A stretch of DNA of 42,859 bases, from positions 1 through 42,859 of IMG/VR virus record IMGVR_UViG_3300033407_000043; one strand, given 5' to 3'. This DNA comes from a virus (taxonomy: Duplodnaviria; Caudoviricetes). A program made the position numbers and the translations under genes. The notes beneath the pieces are model-generated. The model saw only the letters and a list, made by a program, of their open reading frames with translations, ran no database searches and was not told the DNA's origin. Below, piece by piece: positions 19,024 to 28,758 of this stretch (its first letter is position 1; the number at the start of each line of letters is the position of its first letter).

Positions 19024-20469
19024 ATGGCTACGGTTGTTAATCACGGCGGTAGTAGTAAGTATAAAGCCATGGGGCAAGCTCTTGGCGAAGCTTTTACTAT
19101 GATTGCCCAACAGCGCGCTGATAAGAAAAAAGCTGAAGTAAGAAAAACTGCTTTTAAAGAAGCTATAGATATTTTCGGACAAGGTATGGAAAAGGGGACT
19201 ATGACACAAAATATTCCCCAGCAAGAACGTCAAAATCAAGCCCTAACTCTTGGTGGCGGTCCTACTAAGCAAGCTGCTGTTCTGGATAAAACCTTGCCAC
19301 GGCAAAGGGAAGTTCCAGTCCGGGGGCTTGATGTTGCCAGCATTTTGATTGATGCAGATGTTGATGAAAAATTTGCTATGACCCTGGCAAGTGCTCTTGA
19401 CGAGGGCAAAGCTACTCGTATGCGCACTGAAAGACAAAGTGCTGCTATGCAAGCTGCTCTATCTGTGGCTTCTCAAGAAGGGGCTAGCAGGCAAGATCTT
19501 ATCGCCTCTATTTCCGGGAGTCAGTTGGATACAGATTCTAAACTTGATCTACTTAAAAATCTTGATAAACTTCTTGGAAAAGATCCAGAAGCTGAGAAGG
19601 ATTTTAATCTTGATCTTTATGATCAGAAGGGTATGAAAATTTCTGTTCCGGTTCCAGTATCTATATCCAAATCAAACCAAGCCCGGAAAGCTTATGTAGA
19701 TGCTAATTTTCCAGGCTATTCAGCCGATCCAATAGCAGAGCCAACTAAGCCTGGAGAAGATCTTCTGCTCTTTGAAGCAAAACGTGATGCTCTTTTAGAA
19801 GTCGGAACTCCTCGTGAAAGAGCTGTAAAACTTGCTGCTGCTGGTAATGATGCATATTCAATGAGAGGCCCTGACTCTGAAGGTAGGGTAGCCATTCTTG
19901 ATAAGACTACTGGCAAGACTACGTTCGTAGGTGGTGGAGAGCTTACGCAGAGTTCTCTCCGTATTATGGAACAGCGCATTTTTGCTTTAGAAGATGCAAT
20001 CTTTTTGCTGGAAAGAACTGATCCAACAGGGGCTGGGATTGTTAAGACTCTCGGCGGTGAAGTCGGTGGTGTTGCGGTTCAGATACCAGTTCTTAAATCT
20101 ATGGCTTCGGTCTTAGGACTTGGAGAAGAAGAAGTAGCTAATCTTCAAGTTGAAAGGGGTAAGTTTTTTAATGTTCTTCAACCCCTTGCTCAGAGTTTTG
20201 TAAGTGGTGGTTCTAGGGCCGGAGTTTCTACAAAGCAACAGAGAGACTTAGCTGAAAGAATGCTGAATATGACCCGGATGGCTTCTACACCACAAGGAGC
20301 TGAACTGGCTAAAAGAGAGCTCATGGAAATTCTTAAGCATACGAAAGCTATGCTTGTTATTCAGCGCCAGACTAAAAGCATTGTCAGGCCGGAGCATACA
20401 GAAGTTAGATGGGAGTTTAATCCTGAAACTGGAAAACTCGAATATAAAACTCAAGGTGGTAAAAAATAA
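19024..20469 (+). CDS. Internal virion / ejection protein
   Basis: 481 aa, helical; position. Confidence 0.6.
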   Translation: MATVVNHGGSSKYKAMGQALGEAFTMIAQQRADKKKAEVRKTAFKEAIDIFGQGMEKGTMTQNIPQQERQNQALTLGGGPTKQAAVLDKTLPRQREVPVRGLDVASILIDADVDEKFAMTLASALDEGKATRMRTERQSAAMQAALSVASQEGASRQDLIASISGSQLDTDSKLDLLKNLDKLLGKDPEAEKDFNLDLYDQKGMKISVPVPVSISKSNQARKAYVDANFPGYSADPIAEPTKPGEDLLLFEAKRDALLEVGTPRERAVKLAAAGNDAYSMRGPDSEGRVAILDKTTGKTTFVGGGELTQSSLRIMEQRIFALEDAIFLLERTDPTGAGIVKTLGGEVGGVAVQIPVLKSMASVLGLGEEEVANLQVERGKFFNVLQPLAQSFVSGGSRAGVSTKQQRDLAERMLNMTRMASTPQGAELAKRELMEILKHTKAMLVIQRQTKSIVRPEHTEVRWEFNPETGKLEYKTQGGKK

Positions 20470-23099
20470 TGCCGGATCCTATTATCACACCGCAAGTTCC
20501 TGTGGAACAGCCTCAGCAAGTTCTTCCAGAAACAGAAGATCCCCTAGCAGGTCTTGGAAGAGCCCCCCAAACTGTGACAGATCCTTGGGGCATTCCTATG
20601 CTAGTTCCAGAAGGCATGGATGCGCAAGACGTTATGGATCAGATGCAAAGTATGATTGAAAATGATCCTAAAGCTAGGGCTGATCTTATGCGGCATTACC
20701 AGCTTCGGGATCTTCCCTCTGGTGATGTTGATACAAACGATCCGAAAATTCGACGTGCGCATCTTGCAAGACAAGTAGACGGTCCTGTACAGCCTGGCGA
20801 TCTTACAGATTTAATTGCAAGATTTGATCTAGCTCGGACTGAGCTTGTTACGGATAAAATGACTAAGCTTAAAGAATATCTCCCTGATGCTGAACTTAAA
20901 TTAGTAAATGATATTAATGGAGAGCCAGTTATTCTTTTCAGGCGTGATGGAGAAGCCGAGTATCGAGAAGTTGAAGCTCCGGAATTTTCAGAAGGTGATG
21001 TTGCAGCACTTACTGCTGGAGTTTTGAGCCCGGAAGTGCTTATTGAAATTCTGCTTTTTCTTAGTACTAATGGATCTTCGTCCTTCGTTAAGAATATGAT
21101 CAAAGCTGGTGTTGGGGGAATGATCGGAGCTGGAGTAGATACTGGAATTGAAAGATATAGAGGCTTTGATACCAGAGGTGCCGGACCGGTAGCTGAAGGG
21201 ATTATGATATCTGGAATTACAGGCTCGGCCGGGGCAGCTGTTTTTGATCCTATAGCTCGAATTTTTAACGGAATTCGCGGAACAAGGGGTGTGATTACAC
21301 CATCTGATTCAGCTAAAAAAGCTATGCAAATAGCCAAGGATCAAAATTTTCCTGATCTTTTGCCGGGACAAGTTCATCCAATGTTTAGGTCTATGCAACA
21401 GCAAGCAGCTGGCACAACTCAACTCATGGAAGAACATCAGCTTGATATGTTTCAGAAGGTTGTTTCTAATCTAGCAACAATTAGAGATAGCATAGGAGAT
21501 TTCCGGGATCTTTCAGATGCTTCCCTTGAAGGTTTTATTAAGAAAGAAGAGAAAAAAATTCTTAATGCTATGGGAAGTAGATCAGAAATTTCTATGGAGA
21601 CAGCCGGGCGTCAAGTTATGCAAGGACTTAGCAATTTTCAAGAAATTCTTGCTGAAAGGGAAGCCCGGGCATATAAATCTGCTTTTGATATATCTAAGAG
21701 TGCTAGGTATAATCTTCTTCCAGCGCAAAAAGTTGTAGCAGCTTATAGAAACGGAATTTCAGATACTTTAAACCTTCCTGAAATTAAGATGAATATTGGT
21801 ATACCGCTTACAAAAATTAAAAATCCTGAGCTCAGGTCAGCTATGAATGAACTAGCTAATGCTCAATCTGAGGTAGTGCTTTCTAAAGCTAACGCTTCAC
21901 CACTTGAACAGATGATAAGGCTTCGGTCAGTTTTCTTAAACTTGTCCCGGGATGACCGGTTGCCGGAAATTGAACAACTAGCAGCTGGTAAAGTTAATGA
22001 AGTTCTATCTGAAATTATGATGCAGCCTAGAGGTTTTAGTGGTAGTAAAGGAAGGCTTAAACCTTCTGTTTCTAGGGCATGGAGAGTTGCAGCTGAACGT
22101 ACGAAATCGAGGGTTAGGTTTGAAGATAAGTCATATGGTCGATTGCTAGCCGGTGAAAAAGATCCGGATAAAATTGCTGGAAAGCTTAATTTGGCTAGTA
22201 AGAATGTTGTAAAAGAAACCCGGAGAGCTTTAACTGCAAGTAACCAAAACCCTATATGGGGAAAAGTTCAAAATGCTTATATTACAAAACTTCTTAGAGA
22301 TCCAGGCGGTATTAATAATGCGCTTAAAGGTGCTGATCCAGAAGTCTTGGATATGCTAGTTCCTAGAGAATATCAGCAACCCCTTAAGACTATCTCTCAT
22401 CAGTGGCAGCGTATGAATAAGGGCGCTGTTCCTAAAATGCTTAATAGTGCCACTGATCTTGGGGAGAGGGCTATTACTTTAGTTGAAAAAGGAAGCCGGC
22501 ATGAGCTTAGAGAGCTTATTCAGATTGCTGGCGGTAAAGATACACCCTCTGGCAGAGCTCTTCAGGCTGGCGTTATTGAGAGTCTTCTTAGAAAAAGCAC
22601 TAAAGTTGTTCAAGATAGAACAGTTCTTAACCGCGAGAAAGCTCTCACAAGTATAAAAAGATTCAGAGAGCGAGGAGTTTTAGAGGATATCTTTGGAAGC
22701 GGTACTCAGGAAAATCTTATAGATGATCTAGAGACTCTTATTTCTTTTCTGCCTTCTGGTATGTCCGTAGATGCTGGTGTTAGTATGCAGTCCGCTGCAG
22801 CTGGTTCTGGGCTTGCAGGCTTTTTTCTTCCAACCCCGGGTTCGGTTGTTAAAGGCTTGGGTAGTCTTCATACCTTGGGTAAAAACCGGGCGGTAGCTTG
22901 GACTTTCATTAATCCGAAGGTTAGAAAATTCTTTATGGGAAGCGGTAAGTCTTCTAAAAAAGAATCTTCACCTGCAAGATATGCTATGTATGGTTCCATG
23001 ATAACTGAAGCTTTTAATGAGATGGAAGAAATTGCTGAGAGTGGAAGCTTTAATATAGAAGCTGAAGAAAAAGGTCTCTTCGGAGATTTCTTTGAGTGA
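20469..23099 (+). CDS. Large internal virion / ejection protein
   Basis: 876 aa, last + strand gene, Gly-rich hydrophobic helices (AGVGGMIGAGV). Confidence 0.65.
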   Translation: MPDPIITPQVPVEQPQQVLPETEDPLAGLGRAPQTVTDPWGIPMLVPEGMDAQDVMDQMQSMIENDPKARADLMRHYQLRDLPSGDVDTNDPKIRRAHLARQVDGPVQPGDLTDLIARFDLARTELVTDKMTKLKEYLPDAELKLVNDINGEPVILFRRDGEAEYREVEAPEFSEGDVAALTAGVLSPEVLIEILLFLSTNGSSSFVKNMIKAGVGGMIGAGVDTGIERYRGFDTRGAGPVAEGIMISGITGSAGAAVFDPIARIFNGIRGTRGVITPSDSAKKAMQIAKDQNFPDLLPGQVHPMFRSMQQQAAGTTQLMEEHQLDMFQKVVSNLATIRDSIGDFRDLSDASLEGFIKKEEKKILNAMGSRSEISMETAGRQVMQGLSNFQEILAEREARAYKSAFDISKSARYNLLPAQKVVAAYRNGISDTLNLPEIKMNIGIPLTKIKNPELRSAMNELANAQSEVVLSKANASPLEQMIRLRSVFLNLSRDDRLPEIEQLAAGKVNEVLSEIMMQPRGFSGSKGRLKPSVSRAWRVAAERTKSRVRFEDKSYGRLLAGEKDPDKIAGKLNLASKNVVKETRRALTASNQNPIWGKVQNAYITKLLRDPGGINNALKGADPEVLDMLVPREYQQPLKTISHQWQRMNKGAVPKMLNSATDLGERAITLVEKGSRHELRELIQIAGGKDTPSGRALQAGVIESLLRKSTKVVQDRTVLNREKALTSIKRFRERGVLEDIFGSGTQENLIDDLETLISFLPSGMSVDAGVSMQSAAAGSGLAGFFLPTPGSVVKGLGSLHTLGKNRAVAWTFINPKVRKFFMGSGKSSKKESSPARYAMYGSMITEAFNEMEEIAESGSFNIEAEEKGLFGDFFE

Positions 23100-23100
23100 T

Positions 23101-23114
23101 ATCCAAATTTTGGA
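23101..23114. repeat. Intergenic near-palindrome ATCCAAATTTTGGA, copy 3, at the strand convergence
   Basis: Lies within the 25-nt gap between the converging gene blocks. Confidence 0.85.
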
Positions 23115-23124
23115 ATATAGAGGA

Positions 23125-24321
23125 TTAGCCTAAATAAGTATAAGTAACATCACCCTCACCGGGGTTTATCTCGATCTTTAAGAGTTTCATCTTGGTGAGG
23201 GCACTTTCTATCTTTTCAATCATCCAGCTGTCAACGTCACCATACAGCATTCTCATGATAACACTTCTTTTAATAACTTTCTTTACCTCAAGAATGGTAA
23301 GGACAGAGTTCATAACTTCGGCAATGTCACTTTTTCCGATGCCGCTAAAGATGCGGAGCATTTTCTTCTCAGTATCTTCTAAAAGTCCCCGGGCTCTTTC
23401 AAAGTCACTAAGCTCTACTATGAAGCTGTCATTTTTAGAAGCAGTTAAAATCATGGAAATCTTTTTAACATGTGTAGCTCTTCTCGCTATATACCCTCCG
23501 AAGCGTGGGTCCTGAATAGGGAATGTGCCTTTCAGAAGTTTATCTTCTTGATCAATATACCAAGCTTCATAGGCAGCTAAAGCATCAGTAGAAAATGAGT
23601 ATTTACCAATGAGTAAGTTGATTTTTTCTAAATCCTTTTTAAGCTTATCTTCCAGAGTTTTATTCATAGGGAATTTGTTTGGATTAGATATTACTTTTCC
23701 TTTCCCGGTCTCAACGACGAAAATAACCCGGGAAGTAAATCCGCCACCTACAGCTTCGGCTGGCAGCATGGTAGGTATCCAATCCGGGGCAGTTCCGCCT
23801 AGAATAGTAAGATACGGACCTACGACAGGATCTTTTGTTCGTTCGCCATTTTTTGTAAGATACGCCCAGGTATCATCTGAATCATATATATCCGTTAGAT
23901 CAGCGAGTAACCCGGTGTTCTTTTGGCCAAGAAAGACCGCGAGTTCCTTGGAAAAAATCGTAACCGGGCATTGGTATATGAAATCCTTATCCGCATTTAT
24001 GAAGTTAGTTTGACTATCAGACATAAACCGGATAAGAGCTTCGCGTGTTATTTTCGGTGGGGCTACGGCTATTTGTAGATGGTCTAGAAAAGGCTTTGCT
24101 ATGCTCATAGCATTACCCTTTCTAGCAGTGCCACTTGGACCAACTAGAATAGTATATTGGTTCGGATAGATTTTCTCATGCCCCCATGGAAAGAAGACTT
24201 TTCTTTGTAATGTAGACGCTATAACAGATATAGCTGACCATAGATGATATGATCTTGGTGGTTCGGTGTCCTTAGAAAATTCAAGATAGCCTGCGATCCA
24301 GTCATTAAGCAATCTAGCCAT
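23125..24321 (-). CDS. DUF3987/YfjI-like AAA+ protein, putative replicative helicase
   Basis: Walker A-like LVGPSGTARKGNAM, ILGGTAPDW and GGFTSRVIFV, C-terminal wHTH-like region; start taken at MARLLNDW. Confidence 0.75.
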   Translation of the reverse strand: MARLLNDWIAGYLEFSKDTEPPRSYHLWSAISVIASTLQRKVFFPWGHEKIYPNQYTILVGPSGTARKGNAMSIAKPFLDHLQIAVAPPKITREALIRFMSDSQTNFINADKDFIYQCPVTIFSKELAVFLGQKNTGLLADLTDIYDSDDTWAYLTKNGERTKDPVVGPYLTILGGTAPDWIPTMLPAEAVGGGFTSRVIFVVETGKGKVISNPNKFPMNKTLEDKLKKDLEKINLLIGKYSFSTDALAAYEAWYIDQEDKLLKGTFPIQDPRFGGYIARRATHVKKISMILTASKNDSFIVELSDFERARGLLEDTEKKMLRIFSGIGKSDIAEVMNSVLTILEVKKVIKRSVIMRMLYGDVDSWMIEKIESALTKMKLLKIEINPGEGDVTYTYLG

Positions 24322-24331
24322 ACTCTTCCCA

Positions 24332-25840
24332 TTATGCGGCGCTTTTATATGAATATTCAAGTGCTTCTGCAAATTTATTCTTATCAGGATTGATCTTTAC
24401 TTTAGTAATTCCCCGAGGACATTCTGAGTCTCTTTCCGCCCAATACTCGCCTACTGCAAGATCAGTACCAATAGTAAAATCTCGACACTTGTAAGTAAGA
24501 GTTGGAGTAAGGAAATCCCGGATCATATAAATGACCTGGGCCATGTCATGCCAGCGATTAATTGGGTAACTTAACAAAAGTTCATCGTGGACTTGGGCAT
24601 GAAGCTGAAGATCATCAAACAGTGGATCTCGACATTCGTAAGTTTTAATCATTGCGTGGTTAACAACCCAGGCACTTGTGCTTTGTGGCGTATGAGCTAC
24701 GGCTGCTTTAATTAGTCCATCATCAATTCTTCCCAAGAACCTGCGCTTATGGCCGAAACAAGTTTCAACAAGCCTTGTCCGGTTAATCTGATTTTCCATA
24801 TCAGCCCAGTAACGAGGAAGCATTATGTAGGTGTTTCTATAACCATTTACATATAGTTTAGCTTCGTTTTCTGGAAGTTCGTTTAGAAGGGCGAACATTC
24901 TAAACCCTTCCATGTAATTACAACCGTGATTTGTCTTTTTTCCGCATTGTCTGAGGGACATACTTTTAGGCAAGAAGTTCCACTTACCATTGATAAGATC
25001 TGGAAGTTCCAAAGTACGTAGCCGGAGAATTTCATCGGGCTCATTTAGCTTACCAATAAGCTTTGAATCCTCAGCAATTAGCTCAAGTGGAACTTTAGTC
25101 ATCTCATTGATTGTTCTAGCGTGGATATCTTCCCCGTTTTCAATTGCTGAAATCATCTTGGGATCACCGCATAGATACGCCATGATTACCCATTCAGCTT
25201 GAGCTTTATCTAAGGATATAAATATTCGTCCCGGGTTCGCTTTAATAAATCTCTTAAATCTTGGATCAACATTTTGGAAGTTGAGCCCTGTTTTGAAGAG
25301 AGTTTGACTTGATGATAACCTGCCCGTGATTGTACCCCGAGGATTAAATGAAGATCGCAGTTTGCCGTCGGGATCGACTCTAACGTCCAAATAAGTTCCT
25401 TTAAGCTTTTTAAGTCCTCGTAGTGTTTTGACGAGTCCGGCTTCTCGGCATCCTTTTCGAATAAGTCTAGACATAGCTGTGTCATCTGTCGTAACTCCAC
25501 CAGATTTACCTGTGTAAGGCGGAAAACCCAGAGTACCGTAAAAATAATTTCGGCACTGAGGATTGCTATTTACGTTTAAATCATGACCGACCAGTTGGTT
25601 TAGTTCTTCTTGATATTTATCAGTTTCAGCTGAAATTCTTCTTTTCTCAAGTTCCAGGGCTTCTTGATCCAGCATGAAGCCATTTGTCTGCATATACATG
25701 ATAGCTGGGAATAAAGCCATAGTATCAAAATATTGCTGATCGTGGCCTTGTTCATAGACATCTTTCATCACATCATCATGGATTTTAAAATCTACTGCAG
25801 CATCTATGCAGTTATAAAGTGGCCAATTGTAGTTGGACAT
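24332..25840 (-). CDS. polA: Family A DNA polymerase, polymerase subunit carrying ExoIII at its N-terminus
   Basis: TGRLSSS, motif A LDKAQAEW, motif B RQCGKKTNHGCNY, motif C QVHDEL; YNCID near the N-terminus. Confidence 0.92.
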   Translation of the reverse strand: MSNYNWPLYNCIDAAVDFKIHDDVMKDVYEQGHDQQYFDTMALFPAIMYMQTNGFMLDQEALELEKRRISAETDKYQEELNQLVGHDLNVNSNPQCRNYFYGTLGFPPYTGKSGGVTTDDTAMSRLIRKGCREAGLVKTLRGLKKLKGTYLDVRVDPDGKLRSSFNPRGTITGRLSSSQTLFKTGLNFQNVDPRFKRFIKANPGRIFISLDKAQAEWVIMAYLCGDPKMISAIENGEDIHARTINEMTKVPLELIAEDSKLIGKLNEPDEILRLRTLELPDLINGKWNFLPKSMSLRQCGKKTNHGCNYMEGFRMFALLNELPENEAKLYVNGYRNTYIMLPRYWADMENQINRTRLVETCFGHKRRFLGRIDDGLIKAAVAHTPQSTSAWVVNHAMIKTYECRDPLFDDLQLHAQVHDELLLSYPINRWHDMAQVIYMIRDFLTPTLTYKCRDFTIGTDLAVGEYWAERDSECPRGITKVKINPDKNKFAEALEYSYKSAA

Positions 25841-25859
25841 TTTTTCTTATCCTTTTTTC

Positions 25860-26903
25860 TTAACCTTCTGGATTTTCAATATTAGCATGTTTGACCATAT
25901 CTTTCCAAAATGGCTGCTTAGTATGGAGTGATGCACAAAAAGCAAGACTTTTAGGAAAATCTGGATAAACTATGTGATGAGATACCATTGTATCAGCATA
26001 AGGTGGGGCTGTCATGATGCCGTGAATGAACATAAGAAACTGGATATCAAAACACCCGTTATGGAAAATCTTTAACGGGCCTTCCATTTCCAGAACTTCA
26101 GCAGTTTTTAACCAGAGCATGGCTTCTTGTTCTTCAGACCAATTTCCATCTGCATAAGGAATTGAAATGCCGGTTAGTTCATTCCAGCAGAAAGCAATTC
26201 TAGTACACTGACCTTTAGGATCAAGCTCATGGCCTACATAGCCAATTTCTATATCACATGTGTATTTTTCCAGAGTCTTAATGAATTCCAAAACTTCCAG
26301 ACATTCATTAAAAGTAGGGCTAAGTCTGAACTTATACTTTGGGCGAACCAGTTCGGGGAAAAAGCTTTCTCCATAGGCTTTTTTAAGATCTTGAGCTATA
26401 ACGTATTTTTGCACAAAGTTCTTATATAAAATATTGGCCGGGCTGTAGGTGGGGATAGTTTTTCGTTTTTCAACACTTCCTAAAGTAGCTGGCATAATTG
26501 ATCCACGCCACTTAGAAAGATTATCCAGATTACAAAGGGCTTTCAGGGAAGCCGGGCCAAGGGGAAGAATGATGTTAGCTTTTACATTTTTCAATTCTTC
26601 GTCTAAATCTAACACATGCTGGAAGCCTTCATCAGAGAAAGCTTTCTTACCAGGAGTAAAAAGCGGCTCCCAGTTTTCATTGAAAAACGTTTCTTTTTTA
26701 TAACGCTTATGAATTTTGCGCTTAAAAAGAGTTGTAAGATAACAATCACTACGAAGGATCAAAGCTTGTTCTAAGCATTCATTGAATAGGTGCCCAGCCG
26801 GACCTGTCATAGGCTTTTTATACATTAGTTCGTAATCTGACGGGTGGTCAATTACAAAAGCTATTCGAGCTGTCTCCGGGTCGCCCTCAATAAAATCTGG
26901 CAT
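25860..26903 (-). CDS. Family-4 UDG-like domain fused to 3'-5' exonuclease (ExoI and ExoII); N-terminal half of the split polymerase
   Basis: PMTGPAG, IILPLG, WRGS and IPTYSPA (UDG fold); CDIE, FHNGCFD and DTMV (exonuclease). Confidence 0.85.
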   Translation of the reverse strand: MPDFIEGDPETARIAFVIDHPSDYELMYKKPMTGPAGHLFNECLEQALILRSDCYLTTLFKRKIHKRYKKETFFNENWEPLFTPGKKAFSDEGFQHVLDLDEELKNVKANIILPLGPASLKALCNLDNLSKWRGSIMPATLGSVEKRKTIPTYSPANILYKNFVQKYVIAQDLKKAYGESFFPELVRPKYKFRLSPTFNECLEVLEFIKTLEKYTCDIEIGYVGHELDPKGQCTRIAFCWNELTGISIPYADGNWSEEQEAMLWLKTAEVLEMEGPLKIFHNGCFDIQFLMFIHGIMTAPPYADTMVSHHIVYPDFPKSLAFCASLHTKQPFWKDMVKHANIENPEG

Positions 26904-26905
26904 TT

Positions 26906-28183
26906 TTACTGACCTTTTTGTTCATGTTGCTTTATTTGTTCTTTAGCAGCTCGTATAAGAAAATTCTCCTTATAAGTTTTTGACAGATCATATCCATGTC
27001 CGTGCATACCTTCCCGGGCTGCAGCAAGTAGAGTATTGCCGCTTCCAAGAAAAGGCACCATGACGCGGGCACCAGGATAGGCGAAGGTTCTAAGAAGATC
27101 CTGGATCAGCTCAGTTGGACGTTCAGTAGGATGAATTCGCTGAGACTCTGGAAGTCCCGCATAAGGGTATACGTTACTACGACCTCGCCACCTTAAAATT
27201 GGAGCGCCTTTGTAACAAATGAAGAAGGGCTCATAGCTGCGGGCAAGAAAAAGATCAGGTGCGCTGGTAACTCCACCATTTGGTTTGTACCAGATACCCG
27301 GAATTACATCAGTTCGGAATTTGCATTCTTGCAGAATTTTTTCAATCTTGTCTTTCCAAGTAGGCCCATGCCACCAAACGCAGAAGGTATTATTTTTCAG
27401 AACTCGATAAACTTGAGTAGCTGTTTTACGAATAAATTCTTCATAATCAGCTTCTTTAATCTCGTTGTATTCTCCCATATGCTGTCCCTTGCCTTTGCGA
27501 ATAGTATGCAAATCAATTCCATAAGGCGGATCAACTTCAGCGAAGTCCATAACTTCATCAGCAACAACGCCAATTCGTTTTAAAAAATCCCCAACGATAT
27601 ATTGACCATCTGCAACTTTAACAAAGTCAGAATTTTTAATTCCTTCTTTAGCATCGGCCAAAGCCTCTGTGACAATGGTATGTTCTATTGCCCTTTTATA
27701 AGCTTTTCTAGCAGCATCAGCTGTGGGGAATTCTGCGATTTCAGGAAGGATTTTAATAGCTTCTACAAGCTCAACAGCATCGTAGATGGCCGCTGTAGAA
27801 GATCCCATAATTTTGCCCGTAGCTTTTGCGTTCCAGGAAGGGCCATTCTGCGCTTTCATAAGGGTATGGATTTCAGCCATAAGGTTGGCTTTTTCTTGCC
27901 AAGTCATATCCTTTCGATAGATGTTCTCGAATAGCTCAAGTTCCCGGGCTTCAATTGGGCCTGATATTTTACGAATGACAACTGGAATAGTTTCCAGCCC
28001 GAGGTTTTTACAAGCTGTGTATCGTCTACCGCCGGCAATGACATTCATATCAGGATCAACAGTAATTGGCTGGATTATGCCTTTGTCCGTTATGCTTTCT
28101 TCTAAATCTTTAATACCCCCCATATCTTCTCTAAAACGATTTTCGCATTTGAGATCAGTTAGTTTAGCAATTTTGAATTCCAT
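26906..28183 (-). CDS. ParB/Srx N-terminal domain fused to an N4/N6 DNA methyltransferase
   Basis: GIIQPITV...IAGGRRY...ENIYRKD; DPPYG, HPTERP and PFLGSGNT. Confidence 0.9.
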   Translation of the reverse strand: MEFKIAKLTDLKCENRFREDMGGIKDLEESITDKGIIQPITVDPDMNVIAGGRRYTACKNLGLETIPVVIRKISGPIEARELELFENIYRKDMTWQEKANLMAEIHTLMKAQNGPSWNAKATGKIMGSSTAAIYDAVELVEAIKILPEIAEFPTADAARKAYKRAIEHTIVTEALADAKEGIKNSDFVKVADGQYIVGDFLKRIGVVADEVMDFAEVDPPYGIDLHTIRKGKGQHMGEYNEIKEADYEEFIRKTATQVYRVLKNNTFCVWWHGPTWKDKIEKILQECKFRTDVIPGIWYKPNGGVTSAPDLFLARSYEPFFICYKGAPILRWRGRSNVYPYAGLPESQRIHPTERPTELIQDLLRTFAYPGARVMVPFLGSGNTLLAAAREGMHGHGYDLSKTYKENFLIRAAKEQIKQHEQKGQ

Positions 28184-28184
28184 G

Positions 28185-28412
28185 TTAATCCTCGTCAGCT
28201 TGCATTAGTTTTATAAAAGCGGTGCGTTCTTCAGGAGACATATTTTTTAGAAGGGTTTCAAGAGGATCTTTCTTAGGTCTAGCCTGTCGAGTTGGCTTGT
28301 TGGCAACAGCTGACATAGCATCAACCCGGGCTTTTCTAATACGCCGTATTTTGCCCATAAGATTTTCGTGATCCATCTGGCTAATCCTCTCGATTAGATC
28401 TACGTTTTGCAT
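28185..28412 (-). CDS. Hypothetical protein
   Basis: 75 aa; C-terminal NMSPEERTAFIK. Confidence 0.7.
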   Translation of the reverse strand: MQNVDLIERISQMDHENLMGKIRRIRKARVDAMSAVANKPTRQARPKKDPLETLLKNMSPEERTAFIKLMQADED

Positions 28413-28758
28413 ACTTTGTTCTTTCTTCAGATATATGTTTTAACCTAAGCCCAAAACCTCGTTCGTTATCTATAATCCAATTAAAAGGTTTTAAAGTTTT
28501 TCTTAGAATAGTAATTTGTTGGCACAGGAAATTATACCAAAGATCTGGTATTTGATCTGGATCTTGCCAATAAGTATCTAGGATATAATAATATGAGCAT
28601 GGGGATTTGTTCATCAGGATAAATAAAATTTGGCCAGCTGTGCTTGAAATTAAGCTGCTGCGTTTGTTATTGTATATAACCCAGCGACTTTCAAAAGGTT
28701 TAATCCGGGCTGGATTTATACCCGGAGTTTTTTGATGTAGTTCTGGGCTCATCATCAC
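28381..28758 (-). CDS. Stand-alone OmpR/PhoB-type winged-helix protein
   Basis: ILFILM...YW...QITILRKTLKPFNWIIDNERGFGLRL. Confidence 0.6.
   Translation of the reverse strand: MMMSPELHQKTPGINPARIKPFESRWVIYNNKRSSLISSTAGQILFILMNKSPCSYYYILDTYWQDPDQIPDLWYNFLCQQITILRKTLKPFNWIIDNERGFGLRLKHISEERTKYAKRRSNRED

Noticed and set aside
20696-21337. 213-aa - strand ORF
   Set aside because: Antisense shadow of the ejection protein gene
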